Positions 24,103-34,603 of a stretch of 64,000 nucleotides of DNA are shown one piece after another. Origin of the DNA: an uncultured Actinomycetota bacterium (lineage in GTDB: Bacteria; Actinomycetota; Actinomycetes; JAFAQI01); assembly GCA_963770565.1 (NCBI GenBank), contig CAVYQE010000001.1, positions 128,001 through 192,000 on the forward strand, in the 5' to 3' direction. A program made the position numbers and the translations under genes. Position 1 is the stretch's first letter. Every line of letters starts with the position of its first letter. The notes under the pieces were generated by a model that did not search any database, had not been told where the DNA came from, and worked only from the letters and a program-made list of their open reading frames with translations.

Positions 24103-24866
24103 TCAGTCCTTGGCCGCGATGATCGTGCCCACGCGCTCGCCGTTGACGGCCCGCTCGATGTTGCGTTCCTTTTTGAAGTTGAACACGAGGATCGGCATCG
24201 AGTGTTCCATGCATTGGGCAATGGCGGTGGGGTCCATAACCCGCAAGATTTTGCTCGCGGACGGCGTGATAGGTAAGTTCATGATACAAAACGGCATGGG
24301 GATTCTTTTCCGGATCATCGGAGAAGACGCCGTTGACGCGGGTGGCCTTGAGCAGGATATCGGCCTCGAGTTCCAAGGCGCGTTGGGCGGCGGCCGTGTC
24401 GGTCGTGACGAAGGGGCTCCCCGTGCCGGCGGCCAAGAGCACGATCCGCCCTTTTTCCAGATGGCGGCGGGCGCGGCGGCGAATATAGGGCTCGGCCACG
24501 CCGTCCATGCGGATCGCGGTCAGCAGCCGCGTCTGGCAGCCCAGCGATTCCAGCGCGTCTTGCAGCGCCAAGCCGTTGATCACCGTGGCCAGCATGCCCA
24601 TGTAGTGGGCCGTCGCCTCTTGAATGCTGGAATTGCCGGCCGTGAACTGGGCGCCGCGGAGGATATTGCCGCCCCCCATGACGATCGCGATCTGCACGCC
24701 CCGCTGCGCCGCTTGAACCGTCTGCCGCGCAATGTGGACCACTTCGGGCATGCTGATTCCGCGCTCCCCCGCATGGCAAAAGCTCTCGCCGGAGAGCTTG
24801 AGACGACGCGACGATAGCGCGGCGATAGCATGGGGATGTCGACTGCGGGACCTGGTGGAATGACAA
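24103..24866 (-). CDS. pyrH: UMP kinase (frameshifted)
   Basis: [42 protein letters not shown]. Confidence 0.95.
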
Positions 24867-24941
24867 CGTCTAAGGAACGGCGGACATGAAGCCACTTGCG
24901 CCCGCTACGCAATTCGTATCGCCAGAATTCGTAATCGACTT

Positions 24942-25773
24942 TTATTCCTTGCCGAGTTCCCAGCGGACGAACCGTTTGACTTGCAGCCCGGCCTTTTTGG
25001 CGATTTGGCCGACCGTTTGCTTGTCGTCCTTCACGAACGGCTGTTCGAGCAGCACTTTTTCGCTGAAGAAGTTGCGCAAGCGGCCTTCGACCATCTTGGC
25101 GATGATATTCTCGGGCTTCCCTTCGGTCCGCGCGGCGACGGAAAGGATGTCGCGCTCCTTTTCGATGTCGGCGGGGTCGAGATGCTCCTTGGCGACGACT
25201 TTCGGCTTTTGGGCGGCGACGTGCATCGACACATCTTTGGCCGTTTCGTTGTCGCCCCCGCTCACTTCGACCAGGGCGCCGATCGAGCCGTCGTGATGCG
25301 CGTAGCCGCCGGTCGGGCCGACGAACCGGACGATCCGCCCGACCTTCACGACCTCGCGCATGCGATTGAAAAGATCGTCTTTTTGTTGGCCGAGGGTTTC
25401 GCCCGGCTTGGAGGGAGAGGGCTGAGCGAGCAATTCGTCGGCGGTCGCGGCCCCTGGCCCGGTGGCCAATTGCTTGGCCAAGTCGTTGGCCAATTGGCGG
25501 AAATCGGCGCTGCTCGAGACCGGCGCGCTCTCGCAGATACAGCTCGATCATGGCGCCGGCCGGTTGCCCGACATCGGCGAACACAGCGATTCGCCCGGCC
25601 GATGTGTCGCGGCCAAGGCGCGTTTCTTGGGTCTTGATACCCCGCTTGCGGAGCCAATCGACGGCGGCCGCTTCGTCGCCGCCGGTCTCTTGGAGGGCCT
25701 TTTTGCATTCCATCATCGGTAGGCCGGTGCGCTCGCGGAGCGACTTGACCGTGGCCGCGGTAATTTCTGGCAT
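24942..25773 (-). CDS. tsf: Elongation factor Ts (frameshift ~25535)
   Basis: ITAATVKSLRERTGLPMMECKKAL, GKPENIIAKMVEGRL, LLEQPFVKD. Confidence 0.97.
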
Positions 25774-25869
25774 GAACGATCTCCCTCGGTTATCTCGCTG
25801 GAAGTTGTGCGTAAGAAATCATGTCGCCGGAGCGGCGGCTTGGGTTCGCGCAGAGCCGGCCTGATCGGA

Positions 25870-26030
25870 TCACTGCCGCCCGGGGCCGAATCACTGCCGC
25901 CCCGGCCGAATCACTGCCGCCCCGGCCGAAACACTGCCGCCCCGGCCGAAACACTGCCATCCGGATCGGATCACTGCGGCCCCGACCTGACACTGCGGCC
26001 CCCGACCGGACACTGCGGCTCGGGCCGAAT
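25870..26030. repeat. ~20-bp tandem repeat (8 units) between rpsB and tsf
   Basis: CACTGC(C/G)GCCCCGGCCGAA-like units starting at 25871, 25892, 25912, 25932, 25952, 25972, 25991, 26011. Confidence 0.85.
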
Positions 26031-26078
26031 CGCAGCCGCCGGAGCGGATCGCTGCGGCCCGATCGCCAGCGCCGACGA

Positions 26079-26905
26079 TCAGGCGCCGACGATCAGGCAT
26101 TGGCCTTTTCGGCAATTTCGGCGGCTTCGGCGGCATGGCCATTCGATGGCGAATCGGCGTCCGGCTTGGCCGCTGCGTCTTTGCGCCGCGGAGGCCTCGC
26201 CCTTGCCATGCCCCATCGTGGCCGCCTCGGTGCGGCCTTCGAGCACCGCGTCGGCCAATTGCTGCATGATCAATTCGATCGAACGGATGCTGTCGTCGTT
26301 GCCCGGGATCGGCAAATCGATCAAATCCGGATCGCAATCCGTGTCGATCAGGGCCAGGGTGGAAACGCCGACTTTGCGGGCTTCGCTGACGGCGTTCTTT
26401 TCCTTTTTCGGGTCGATGATCACCATGCATTCGGGGGCCCGATTCATGGTGCGGATGCCGTTGAGATTGCGATACATCTTGCGGAATTCGCGTTTCAGGG
26501 CCGATTGCATCTTTTTCGAATAGGTGGCGAACTCTTCCGACGCCATGAGCTTTTCGAGTTCTTCCAAACGGCCCAGCCGGCTGCGGATCGTGCGGAAATT
26601 GGTCAGAGTGCCGCCGAGCCAGCGATCGTTGGCAAACGGCATTCCGCAACGCAGCGCTCGCGCTGCACCGTGTCGGCCGCTTGCCGCTTGGTGCCGACGA
26701 ACAGAACCAGGCTCCCCCCCGCCGCCACTTGCTTGAGATACTTCTTGGCCCGCAGCAAACCGCGGATCGTTTCGCGCACGTCGATGATATGGATGAGATT
26801 GCGGCGGCCGAAGATATAGGGCCGCATGCGGGGATTCCAGCGACTGGCGCGATGGCCGAAATGGACGCCCGCTTCGATCAAGTCTTTCGCGGAAACACTG
26901 GGCAC
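26079..26905 (-). CDS. rpsB: 30S ribosomal protein S2 (frameshifted; 3' end approximate)
   Basis: [47 protein letters not shown]. Confidence 0.97.
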
Positions 26906-27177
26906 AGAACAGACTCCCGGGGTGAGTTGGGGCACACCGGACTTGGGGCCACGCGCATCGGAGCCGGACGTCTCGCCGGCCCGCCCGCACCGCCCTCTCC
27001 GGCGTTGGGTGGAAACTTCGTCACGCTCGATACTTACATTCCTCGACCAACGTCAAGGGACAAGCCATCCAAGGTAGCAATTCCGGTGCCGACCGTCAAT
27101 CGCCACCCGAACCCGACGCGTCACACAAGCCCAACGCGCTAGCAAGGGAGCCCGCTCGGCAAGCCGCGACGCGCTAG

Positions 27178-27356
27178 GAACTTGTCCAAGAACCGGCCGT
27201 GGTGAGGGATACTCGCCGCGAAACGGGTCGGGAGTCGATTTCGCCATGATGCCGGTTCGCGCTGCGGGTCGTTCAGCGGGCGAAATCGACTCCCGACCCC
27301 TTTTGGCAACGCCCGCCGGAAAATGCCCCAGTCCTCGCCGGTTCTCCGACAGTCTC
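27178..27356. mobile_element. MITE family A copy with inverted central loop
   Basis: Follows CTAG 27174-27177 of a REP1 copy; loop is the reverse complement of the usual orientation. Confidence 0.8.
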
Positions 27357-27436
27357 GTGGACGGTTCGGCCAATGGTATAGCATTGCAGCACCATCGTGG
27401 GATCGGGGCAAATCCGCGTTCGCGCGGCGGAAATCT

Positions 27437-28691
27437 TCAATCCTCGATCCGATACAAGCACTCTTTCGTCCGCAGGATGAGCGCTTGGCCGGCGACGGCC
27501 GGAGAGGCTTTGCAGCCGTCGTCGAGCAGGTTGGCGGCGAGCGCTTCGTATTTGCGGCCCGGCTTGACGACGGTCGTCTTGCCGTTTTCGTCGCAGAAAT
27601 AGATGCGGCCGGCGGCGGCGATCGGCGAGGCCGAAAAATCGCCCCCCAGCCGCTTCGCCCACACGATCTTGCCCGTCTTGGCGTCCAGACACGATGCCAC
27701 GCCCGAATCGCTCACGTCATACAGCAGATCGTCGAGGAACAACGGCGAGGGCTTCGAGCCGATCGCTTTGGTCTGCTTCCAGACGATGTTCGTTCGGGTC
27801 AGGTCGCCGCTTCCTCCCGGACGCACGGCCAGCAGATTCGCCTTGCCCATACCCGTGTTGATGAACAGCAGCCCGTCGCCGAAGACGGGCCGCGCGGCCG
27901 TCGAGAAGCCGTTGTGATGAATCCGCCACAGTTCCTTGCCCGTGTGTGGATCGTAGGCCAGCGCCGCCTTCGAGCAGGCGCTGATCATCTGCAATCGGCC
28001 GCCGGTCTCGATCACCAGCGGCGTCGAAAAGGCCTTTTTGAAATCGCCGTTCGTCGTGCCGTAATCGACCGTGCGATCGGTCTTCCAGACGGTCCGGCCG
28101 GTGTGCTTGTCGAGCGCGACGAGATACTGATAATCGAAGCCGTCGAAATCGAGGATCAGCAAGTTCTCGAACAGAATCGGAGACGAGCCGGGGCCGCGAA
28201 AATGATTGCAGGGCAAATCCTGCCGCCGCCACAGCACCTGGCCGCTGCCGCTGTTGAACGCAGGCCGTGCCATAGCTGCCGAACGAGAGATAGACGCGCC
28301 CCTCTTCGATCACCGGGGTGGGCGAGGCGTAGCTGTTGTATTGCCGCGTGTCGGCCGGATGCGCGATGTCGAAGAGTTCGATGTCGTGCAGAATCCGCCC
28401 CGTCGCCGCATCGAGGCACATCGCATAGAGCTTTTTCCCGTCGGCCGTCGCGGTGGTGAGCCAGATGCGATTGCCCCACACGACCGGGCTCGACCAGCCG
28501 CGATCGTGAATCGGCGTCTTCCAGCGGATATGCTGCGTCTCGCTCCAGGTGAGCGGCAGCTTCGTCGCGGCCGAGTGCCCCTGCCCATCCGGCCCGCGGA
28601 ATTGCGGCCAGTTTTCGGCGGCGCGCAGCGAAGGGGCTGCCACGACGGAGAGCAGCAAGGCCAATCCGAAAATCATGCGAGTTTTTGGCAT
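27437..28691 (-). CDS. PQQ-binding-like beta-propeller (BamB-like) exported protein (frameshift ~28255)
   Basis: Signal peptide, ENWPQFRGPDGQG, GWSSPVV, YASPTPV, FSASPI, ASPAV. Confidence 0.9.
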
Positions 28692-28694
28692 TTG

Positions 28695-29378
28695 TCAAAC
28701 GCTTCGAAGATCGAGGGAAGGAAACAGTCTGTTGAGCCAGCGCAACAGCGCCAGCGCCTCGGGGGAGTCGTGACGGAGAAACTCGGCAATGATGACGGTC
28801 CCAAACGGAATGCCCGGCTCGGTCTGCCACGACAACCAGCAGTGAATCCAGGCCTTATCGAAATCGGTGTCGCTGAAACGAGCGCCGAGGTCTTTGGCCT
28901 TGCGCGTGCTCGTTTCGGAATGCGCCCACAGCGCGTCGCCGCCGGGAACCAACGTTTTCAACAGGTGCTCGAGTTTGCCGTGATCGGTGGCGCAATCGGG
29001 CATCATCCAAACGCCCCTCGGATGCGGGTAGCTCGGGATCCGATCGACATAACCATCCGGCGGGCAAACGGCGGGCGGCTCGAGCCCGACTGCGATCAAC
29101 CGCGAACGCACCGCGCTCCACCGATCGGCGATCTTCACATCGACGTCCAGGACAAACCCTATCGGCCGATCGGTGGCGGTGCGCACGGCATCGCCCATGT
29201 TGGCCAAAAGTGCTTCGACCCCTTCGGCTTTGGTTGCGACATTCTCGACCACTTGGATCTGCAAGGGCCTCTTCGCTTCGGACAAATCGACGCCGTGCCG
29301 TTGGAGCAAAGCCGCGACCGTATGCAGATCGTTTTTGCCCTCTACGTGCAAGATCGGTCGATCGCTCATGATGCTCAT
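28695..29378 (-). CDS. DUF3226-like TOPRIM-fold protein
   Basis: VEGKND (TOPRIM Glu), VLDVD (DxD), GVWMMPD..GKLE, DKAWIHCWLSWQTEPG; TGATG overlap with the upstream ATPase. Confidence 0.75.
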   Translation of the reverse strand: MSIMSDRPILHVEGKNDLHTVAALLQRHGVDLSEAKRPLQIQVVENVATKAEGVEALLANMGDAVRTATDRPIGFVLDVDVKIADRWSAVRSRLIAVGLEPPAVCPPDGYVDRIPSYPHPRGVWMMPDCATDHGKLEHLLKTLVPGGDALWAHSETSTRKAKDLGARFSDTDFDKAWIHCWLSWQTEPGIPFGTVIIAEFLRHDSPEALALLRWLNRLFPSLDLRSV

Positions 29379-30499
29379 CAGCGGGGATCGATACGGCCCT
29401 TCACCATCCGCACCAGCGCATCGCCCGAAAACTCGATGCTGTGCGGTATGAACCGATCGATTTTGTGAATCGCCACCTCGCTCATCAGGCTCGGCTGGCT
29501 CGCGCATAACAGGGACAAGCCTTCGATGCAGTCCCAACTGTGAGTCGTCGCGAAGACCTGTGCATTCGCGGCGGCAGCTCGTTCGACGATCAGCTTCCAA
29601 ACATCCGGCATCACCGAATAATGAAAGCCCGTGTCGATTTCGTCCACAAATAGGCAGCCGTTTTGCGAAACGGCCAATGAAATCGCCAGCGCCATGATCC
29701 GCCGCATCCCATCGCCCATGCTGCCCAGCGGAATTCGCGCTTCTTGGCCCTGCATCCCGACCACGAACCCGGCGCGGGAAGGGGCATATCCCGATCCGAG
29801 CATTCCGGTCAGCGGGCGAACGGATTCGACTTGGCTTTCGAGGATCCGCAGCGCCCCCTCGACGTCGGCTTCTTGACCCTTGGTCAAAGTGACCTCGTCC
29901 CACATCATGGCCATGTCGATCGCCTCCAGCGAATCCGGACCGATAAACCGCGAACCGGGGCCGTGCGTGCCGCGCGGCGCAGCCACGTGTCCCAACCGAT
30001 GGGGAAATCCGAAATCCACGGCGCCATCGCGAGTCATTTCGAACAAGGGCTGCTCCCGCTGCTCGGTTTCCGTCTCGGTAGGCGACCCCCTGATTTGGAA
30101 ATACAGCCCCGCACCGGTCTCCGGCTCGACACGAGCGACGCCCGAGTTGAGCCGACCGTTTTCGCGAACGGTTGCCTTGACATCGACGGGAGCGCTATCG
30201 TTGTTGCCGGCGAGCGAAAAGGATGCATCGGCCACCAGTTTATGTCCGTGGAAAAAACGGGCAATATCGACCCTGACGGGGTTCCTTCCGGCGAGGCTTC
30301 GAACGATGACTTCTCCTCGTCTCTCCGCCGCCTCGGCAAGCACGTTGGGATCGCCGCCGGTTGCCAAGAACTGAATTCCTTCCAGAATCGCCGTTTTGCC
30401 GCTGTTGTTCTTGCCGACGAGCAGATTGACCCGCGACAAGCCCTCCAGGCGATAGGACTTGAAACCGCGGTAGTTCTCGATTGAGACGCAGGTCAACAT
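29378..30499 (-). CDS. ABC-type ATPase (AAA_15/AAA_21-like)
   Basis: IENYRGF, Walker A GKNNSGKT, signature LGSMGDG, Walker B LFVDEIDTGFH, H-loop TTHS. Confidence 0.9.
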   Translation of the reverse strand: MLTCVSIENYRGFKSYRLEGLSRVNLLVGKNNSGKTAILEGIQFLATGGDPNVLAEAAERRGEVIVRSLAGRNPVRVDIARFFHGHKLVADASFSLAGNNDSAPVDVKATVRENGRLNSGVARVEPETGAGLYFQIRGSPTETETEQREQPLFEMTRDGAVDFGFPHRLGHVAAPRGTHGPGSRFIGPDSLEAIDMAMMWDEVTLTKGQEADVEGALRILESQVESVRPLTGMLGSGYAPSRAGFVVGMQGQEARIPLGSMGDGMRRIMALAISLAVSQNGCLFVDEIDTGFHYSVMPDVWKLIVERAAAANAQVFATTHSWDCIEGLSLLCASQPSLMSEVAIHKIDRFIPHSIEFSGDALVRMVKGRIDPR

Positions 30500-30662
30500 G
30501 CGAAGCTCTCGTGTGTGTCTTGCGAAGCCATTGTAGAGCATCGGACCACGCGCTGCCACCATTGCGGCGGAGCTTCGGATTGCAATGCTTGGACCAAACT
30601 CTTAGAATCCCGATGAATCATACAGCGCGATCGGCCGCCGGTCGCGCGGCCGGGGGGAACGG

Positions 30663-32825
30663 ATGCTCGTTGTGGATCGTGCAAAACTGCAGGGCCGTTC
30701 GATGGCCGCCAGCGGCGGAATCCTCGGGGTGGCCGATTTGGAAATCGGCGATCGGTTGGCCGTGCATCTCGCCGGCGGCGGCAGCCGGCTGGAGGTGCCT
30801 GCGCTGCTTGCCGACCGCACGGCCCCGCTACCGCAGTTGGAGGATGAGACCGGGGCGGCGCTCGAGTTCCGCGTCCATTCCGCCGAATCGACCCCCTGCT
30901 GGCATGTGCCGCGATTGGCCGAATCGGCGAAAAACATCGGGCCGGATGCGTGGCTCGAATTTCGCGGCGAGGGGCGATTCCGCCTTGTCTCCGGAAAAGC
31001 GCCTGCCCCGTTTGCCGACGAGGAATTCACGACCGAGCAGGGGATTCGCGTCGTCTTGAAGGGCGAGCCCGATTGGAAGCTGCTCTTCGATCGGCAGCCC
31101 CATATCGCCTCGCTCGACGAAGTGAATCTCGCGTTGCGGGCCGCCCGGCTGGCCACGCACGCCGGCTTCGATCAATTGATTTCCTTGCCGCAAGTCCGCG
31201 ACATGGAACTGCTCGAGCATCAAATCCGCACCGCCCGCACCGTGCTCCGCCGCTTCCGCGGCCGGGCCATGCTCTGCGACGAAGTCGGCCTGGGCAAGAC
31301 GGTCGAGGCCGGGTTGATCCTCTCGGAGTTGCATTTGCGCGGGCTGGCGCGGTCGGTGCTGATTCTCGTCCCCCCGTCGCTCATCGAGCAGTGGCAGGGA
31401 GAATTGCGGCGCAAGTTTTCACTCGATTTCACGTCGCACGACGCGGCCGAGTTTCGCGGCGAGGGGACCGCGGCCTGGAGTCAGTTCGACCGGGTGATCG
31501 TTTCGATCCACACGGCCAAGCGCGATCCGCATCGCTCGGCCATCTTGGCCCGGCATTGGGATCTCGTGATCGTCGACGAGGCCCATCATCTGCGCAACCG
31601 CACGACGCAGCTTTGGCGGTTCGCCAGCCAGTTGGACAAGCAATTCATGCTGCTGCTAACCGCCACGCCCGTGCAAAACAATCTCGACGAACTGTTCAAT
31701 CTGGTGACGCTGTTGGAGCCGGGCTTGCTCTCGACCGCCAAGCAATTCCAGCGGCATTTCGTCGATCGCCGCGACAAGCTCACGCCGCAAAACGTCGACG
31801 AGCTGCACGGCCTGCTCGCCGAAGTGATGGTCCGCAACCGTCGGAGCACGGTCGGGCTGCAATTCACGCGCCGCTGGGCGCGCACCGAGAGCCTCCCGCT
31901 GTCGCCGGCCGAGCAGGCGCTCTACGACAATGTGACCGGCTTCGTCCGGCAGCATTCGAAGCGCGACGAAAAAACAGACCAGAGCGATGAAGCGGAAAAG
32001 AGCGACAAGCCCCGCGGCGCGATCAACCGCATGGCCCTGATCGCCTTGCAAATGGCGCTGGGCAGCAGCGCCCCGGCGGCGGCGGGCACGCTCGAAAACA
32101 TGGCCGCCAACGCCAAGCTGCCGGCCGACGTGCGCGGGCAGCTCGCGCAATCGGCCGCCGCCGCCCGCGCCATCCCCGACAGCAGCAAAACGACGCGGCT
32201 CTTGCACATCCTGCAAGAATTCCCCGACAAGATGGTGATCTTCACCCAATTCCGCGCCACGCAGGCCATGCTCGCCGAGCGGCTGCGGCAAGCCGGTCAC
32301 GAGGTGGCCGTGTTTCACGGCGGCCTCGGCCGCATGGAAAAGGAGGCCGTGATCGGCCAATTCCGCGGACCGGCCCGCCTGCTGCTGGCGACCGAAGCCG
32401 GCAGCGAAGGGCGCAATCTGCAATTCGCCCATGCCATCTGCAATTTCGATCTGCCCTGGAATCCGATGAAGATCGAGCAACGGATCGGCCGCTTGAGCCG
32501 GATCGGCCAGACGCACGACGTGCATGTCTTCAATCTCGTATCGGCGGGGACGATCGAAGCGGCCGTGCTGCACTTGCTCGATGCCAAGCTGAGCATGTTC
32601 GAATTGGTTATCGGCGAGATCGACATGATCCTCGGCAATTTGGACGACGAGCAGGAATTCCAGGAAGTGGTCGCCGACCTATGGGCCGCGTCGGCCGACA
32701 GCGACGATTTCGCGCGGCGGATGGAAGAACTCGGCGACAAGCTATTGGCGGCCAAGGCGGCTTACTTCGAGCAGCGGAAGCACGACGACCGGCTGTTCGG
32801 CAATCAATTCGCCCCGGATGCGTGA
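30663..32825 (+). CDS. SNF2/RapA-like SF2 helicase-ATPase (YqhH-like)
   Basis: DEVGLGKT, DEAHH, LTATPVQN, EGRNLQF, DLPWNPMKIEQRIGR. Confidence 0.92.
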   Translation: MLVVDRAKLQGRSMAASGGILGVADLEIGDRLAVHLAGGGSRLEVPALLADRTAPLPQLEDETGAALEFRVHSAESTPCWHVPRLAESAKNIGPDAWLEFRGEGRFRLVSGKAPAPFADEEFTTEQGIRVVLKGEPDWKLLFDRQPHIASLDEVNLALRAARLATHAGFDQLISLPQVRDMELLEHQIRTARTVLRRFRGRAMLCDEVGLGKTVEAGLILSELHLRGLARSVLILVPPSLIEQWQGELRRKFSLDFTSHDAAEFRGEGTAAWSQFDRVIVSIHTAKRDPHRSAILARHWDLVIVDEAHHLRNRTTQLWRFASQLDKQFMLLLTATPVQNNLDELFNLVTLLEPGLLSTAKQFQRHFVDRRDKLTPQNVDELHGLLAEVMVRNRRSTVGLQFTRRWARTESLPLSPAEQALYDNVTGFVRQHSKRDEKTDQSDEAEKSDKPRGAINRMALIALQMALGSSAPAAAGTLENMAANAKLPADVRGQLAQSAAAARAIPDSSKTTRLLHILQEFPDKMVIFTQFRATQAMLAERLRQAGHEVAVFHGGLGRMEKEAVIGQFRGPARLLLATEAGSEGRNLQFAHAICNFDLPWNPMKIEQRIGRLSRIGQTHDVHVFNLVSAGTIEAAVLHLLDAKLSMFELVIGEIDMILGNLDDEQEFQEVVADLWAASADSDDFARRMEELGDKLLAAKAAYFEQRKHDDRLFGNQFAPDA

Positions 32826-32955
32826 GGGAAGGATACGCAAGAATCCGTAGGACGGCTCTCCCGAGCCGTCCAGTTGGACCACTCGAGAAAGCCATGTTGC
32901 CAACTCGACGGCTCGGGAGAGCTGTCCTACTGCGCAACAACTGTGACGAAACCCC

Positions 32956-34088
32956 ATGACCGACGTCTTCGAAGACACATCGACCGCGCAATCCGGGTTG
33001 GAACTTTTCGTCCGCGATTACGTCGAGGCGGTCGGCGGCGTGTGGGACGAAATCGAGCCGCAAGTTTACGATCTGCTCCTGCCCGCCGATGCGCCGGCGG
33101 GCGGCGCTGCTTCGACTCCTGCGGAAGAGCGCTCGCTGCGCGTGGCCTTCGATCCCGAGGCGCTGCCCGAGCATCCCCGAGCGCAGTTGGCCAGCTTCGG
33201 CACTCCGCTGGTCGATCGCCTGCTGGCCGAGGCCGTCGATCGCGGGCGGCATGGCGAACTGCACTTGATGGGCTTGAATCTCGATCTTTTCAATTTGCCG
33301 AACCGCCTGGCCCGCGGGCTGACGCTGGCCGACGATCTCGAATTGCGGATCGAGCGGATTCGGGCGTTCGAGTTTCCGATCGCCGCCTATTGGTTCGAGG
33401 CCACGTTTATCAGCGACCAGAAGGAGCAGGAGATCGTGTCGGTCGCGATCGACTTGCATTCGGGCGCGAGGTGCGGCACGTCGAGCGGCTGCTCGATCCG
33501 GCTCGGCTGGCCGACAAGCCGGCGGCGATTTTGGCGGCCGCTTCGAGCATCGAGCCGGCGGCGGCCTATCGCACGGCGCGAGCAAGTGCTGCGCACTCTC
33601 ACCGGGCTGGCCAATCTCCGCGGCCGCGAGTTGCAAGAGCGGCTCAAAAAACAGGCGGCGCGGATGACCCAATACTACGACGACTTGCTCCGCGAACTGG
33701 ACGAAGAAGCTCATCGCGCCCGCAACCGCGACGCCGACGCCAATGCCGCGAAATTCGCCAACCGCCGCACGACGATCGAGCGCGAGCGGCACACGCGGAT
33801 CGCCGAACTCCATCACAAAAACGCGCTGACCGTCGAACTCGAACTGCTCAACTTCCTCGTCGTGCGGCAGCCGAAACTGGCCGCCGCCGCGACGATTGCG
33901 GACAAAGACGGCGCAGCCACCGCGATCGAATTGATCTGGGATCCGCTGCTCGAAGCGGTCGAGCCGGTCCCCTGCTCGGTCTGCGGCCATCCGACTTTCG
34001 CACTCGTCCGCCGCCGCCGCGGCGAACTCACCTGCCCCGCCTGCGGCAAAGCCAAGCCCCCCGCGCAACGCGCGGCCGGCCGCAATGA
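32956..34088 (+). CDS. YqhG-like helicase-associated protein with coiled coil and C-terminal Zn ribbon (3' end approximate)
   Basis: ASFGTPLVDRL, RMTQYYDDLLREL, IAELHHK, CSVC...CPAC; the ORF tail beyond ~34090 reads through repeats. Confidence 0.6.
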
Positions 34089-34489
34089 AACGACGCGGAA
34101 GCGTCGCCTTTCGCTCCCCCGAAAGTTGCGCAGAGTTGCCATCGGAAATCGCTTGTCGATTTCGCAAGCCGCGGCCCCGATGCGCAAGCCGCGGGGCGGC
34201 TGTTTTTGGAGCAGCGGTCGGGGGTCGGGGGGTCGGGCGTCGGGGGTCAGGGGTCGGGGGTCAGGGGTCGGTAGGGGGGCACGGTGTGGCTTCGCCACAC
34301 TAGCCCGACGCGCTAGCGAGGGGGTACGCTTGGCAAGCCGCAACGCTCTGTTTGCGTCGCTCGATCGGGCGGCGCCAAGCGAACGTGGCTCTGAAACCGG
34401 ACGCCGGCGAAAACGGGTAATGCCGGCTTTGGAATATCGTACAGCCCACTTCGCTCGCGGAAATCGCGTTGGGAGGATTGAAACACGCG

Positions 34490-34572
34490 CCCCTGAGCTT
34501 TCGGCCCTCGCGCAGTGCGCGGAGCTTGACTTGCTTTACCGGCGAATCCGGCAGTTCGATCGTGGTCTTCAT
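34490..34572 (-). pseudogene. Truncated ribbon-helix-helix antitoxin-like remnant
   Basis: GAGGA then MKTTIELPDSPVKQVKLRALREGRKL, after which the similarity is lost; no toxin gene adjacent. Confidence 0.5.
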
Positions 34573-34603
34573 TCCTCGATTTGGCTGCCTTCCCGGCTTC
34601 GGG

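Noticed and set aside
26906-27030. Possible S2 autoregulatory leader RNA upstream of rpsB
   Set aside because: The position and a GGTGTG element are suggestive, but I could not support a structure by eye; it needs an Infernal search.
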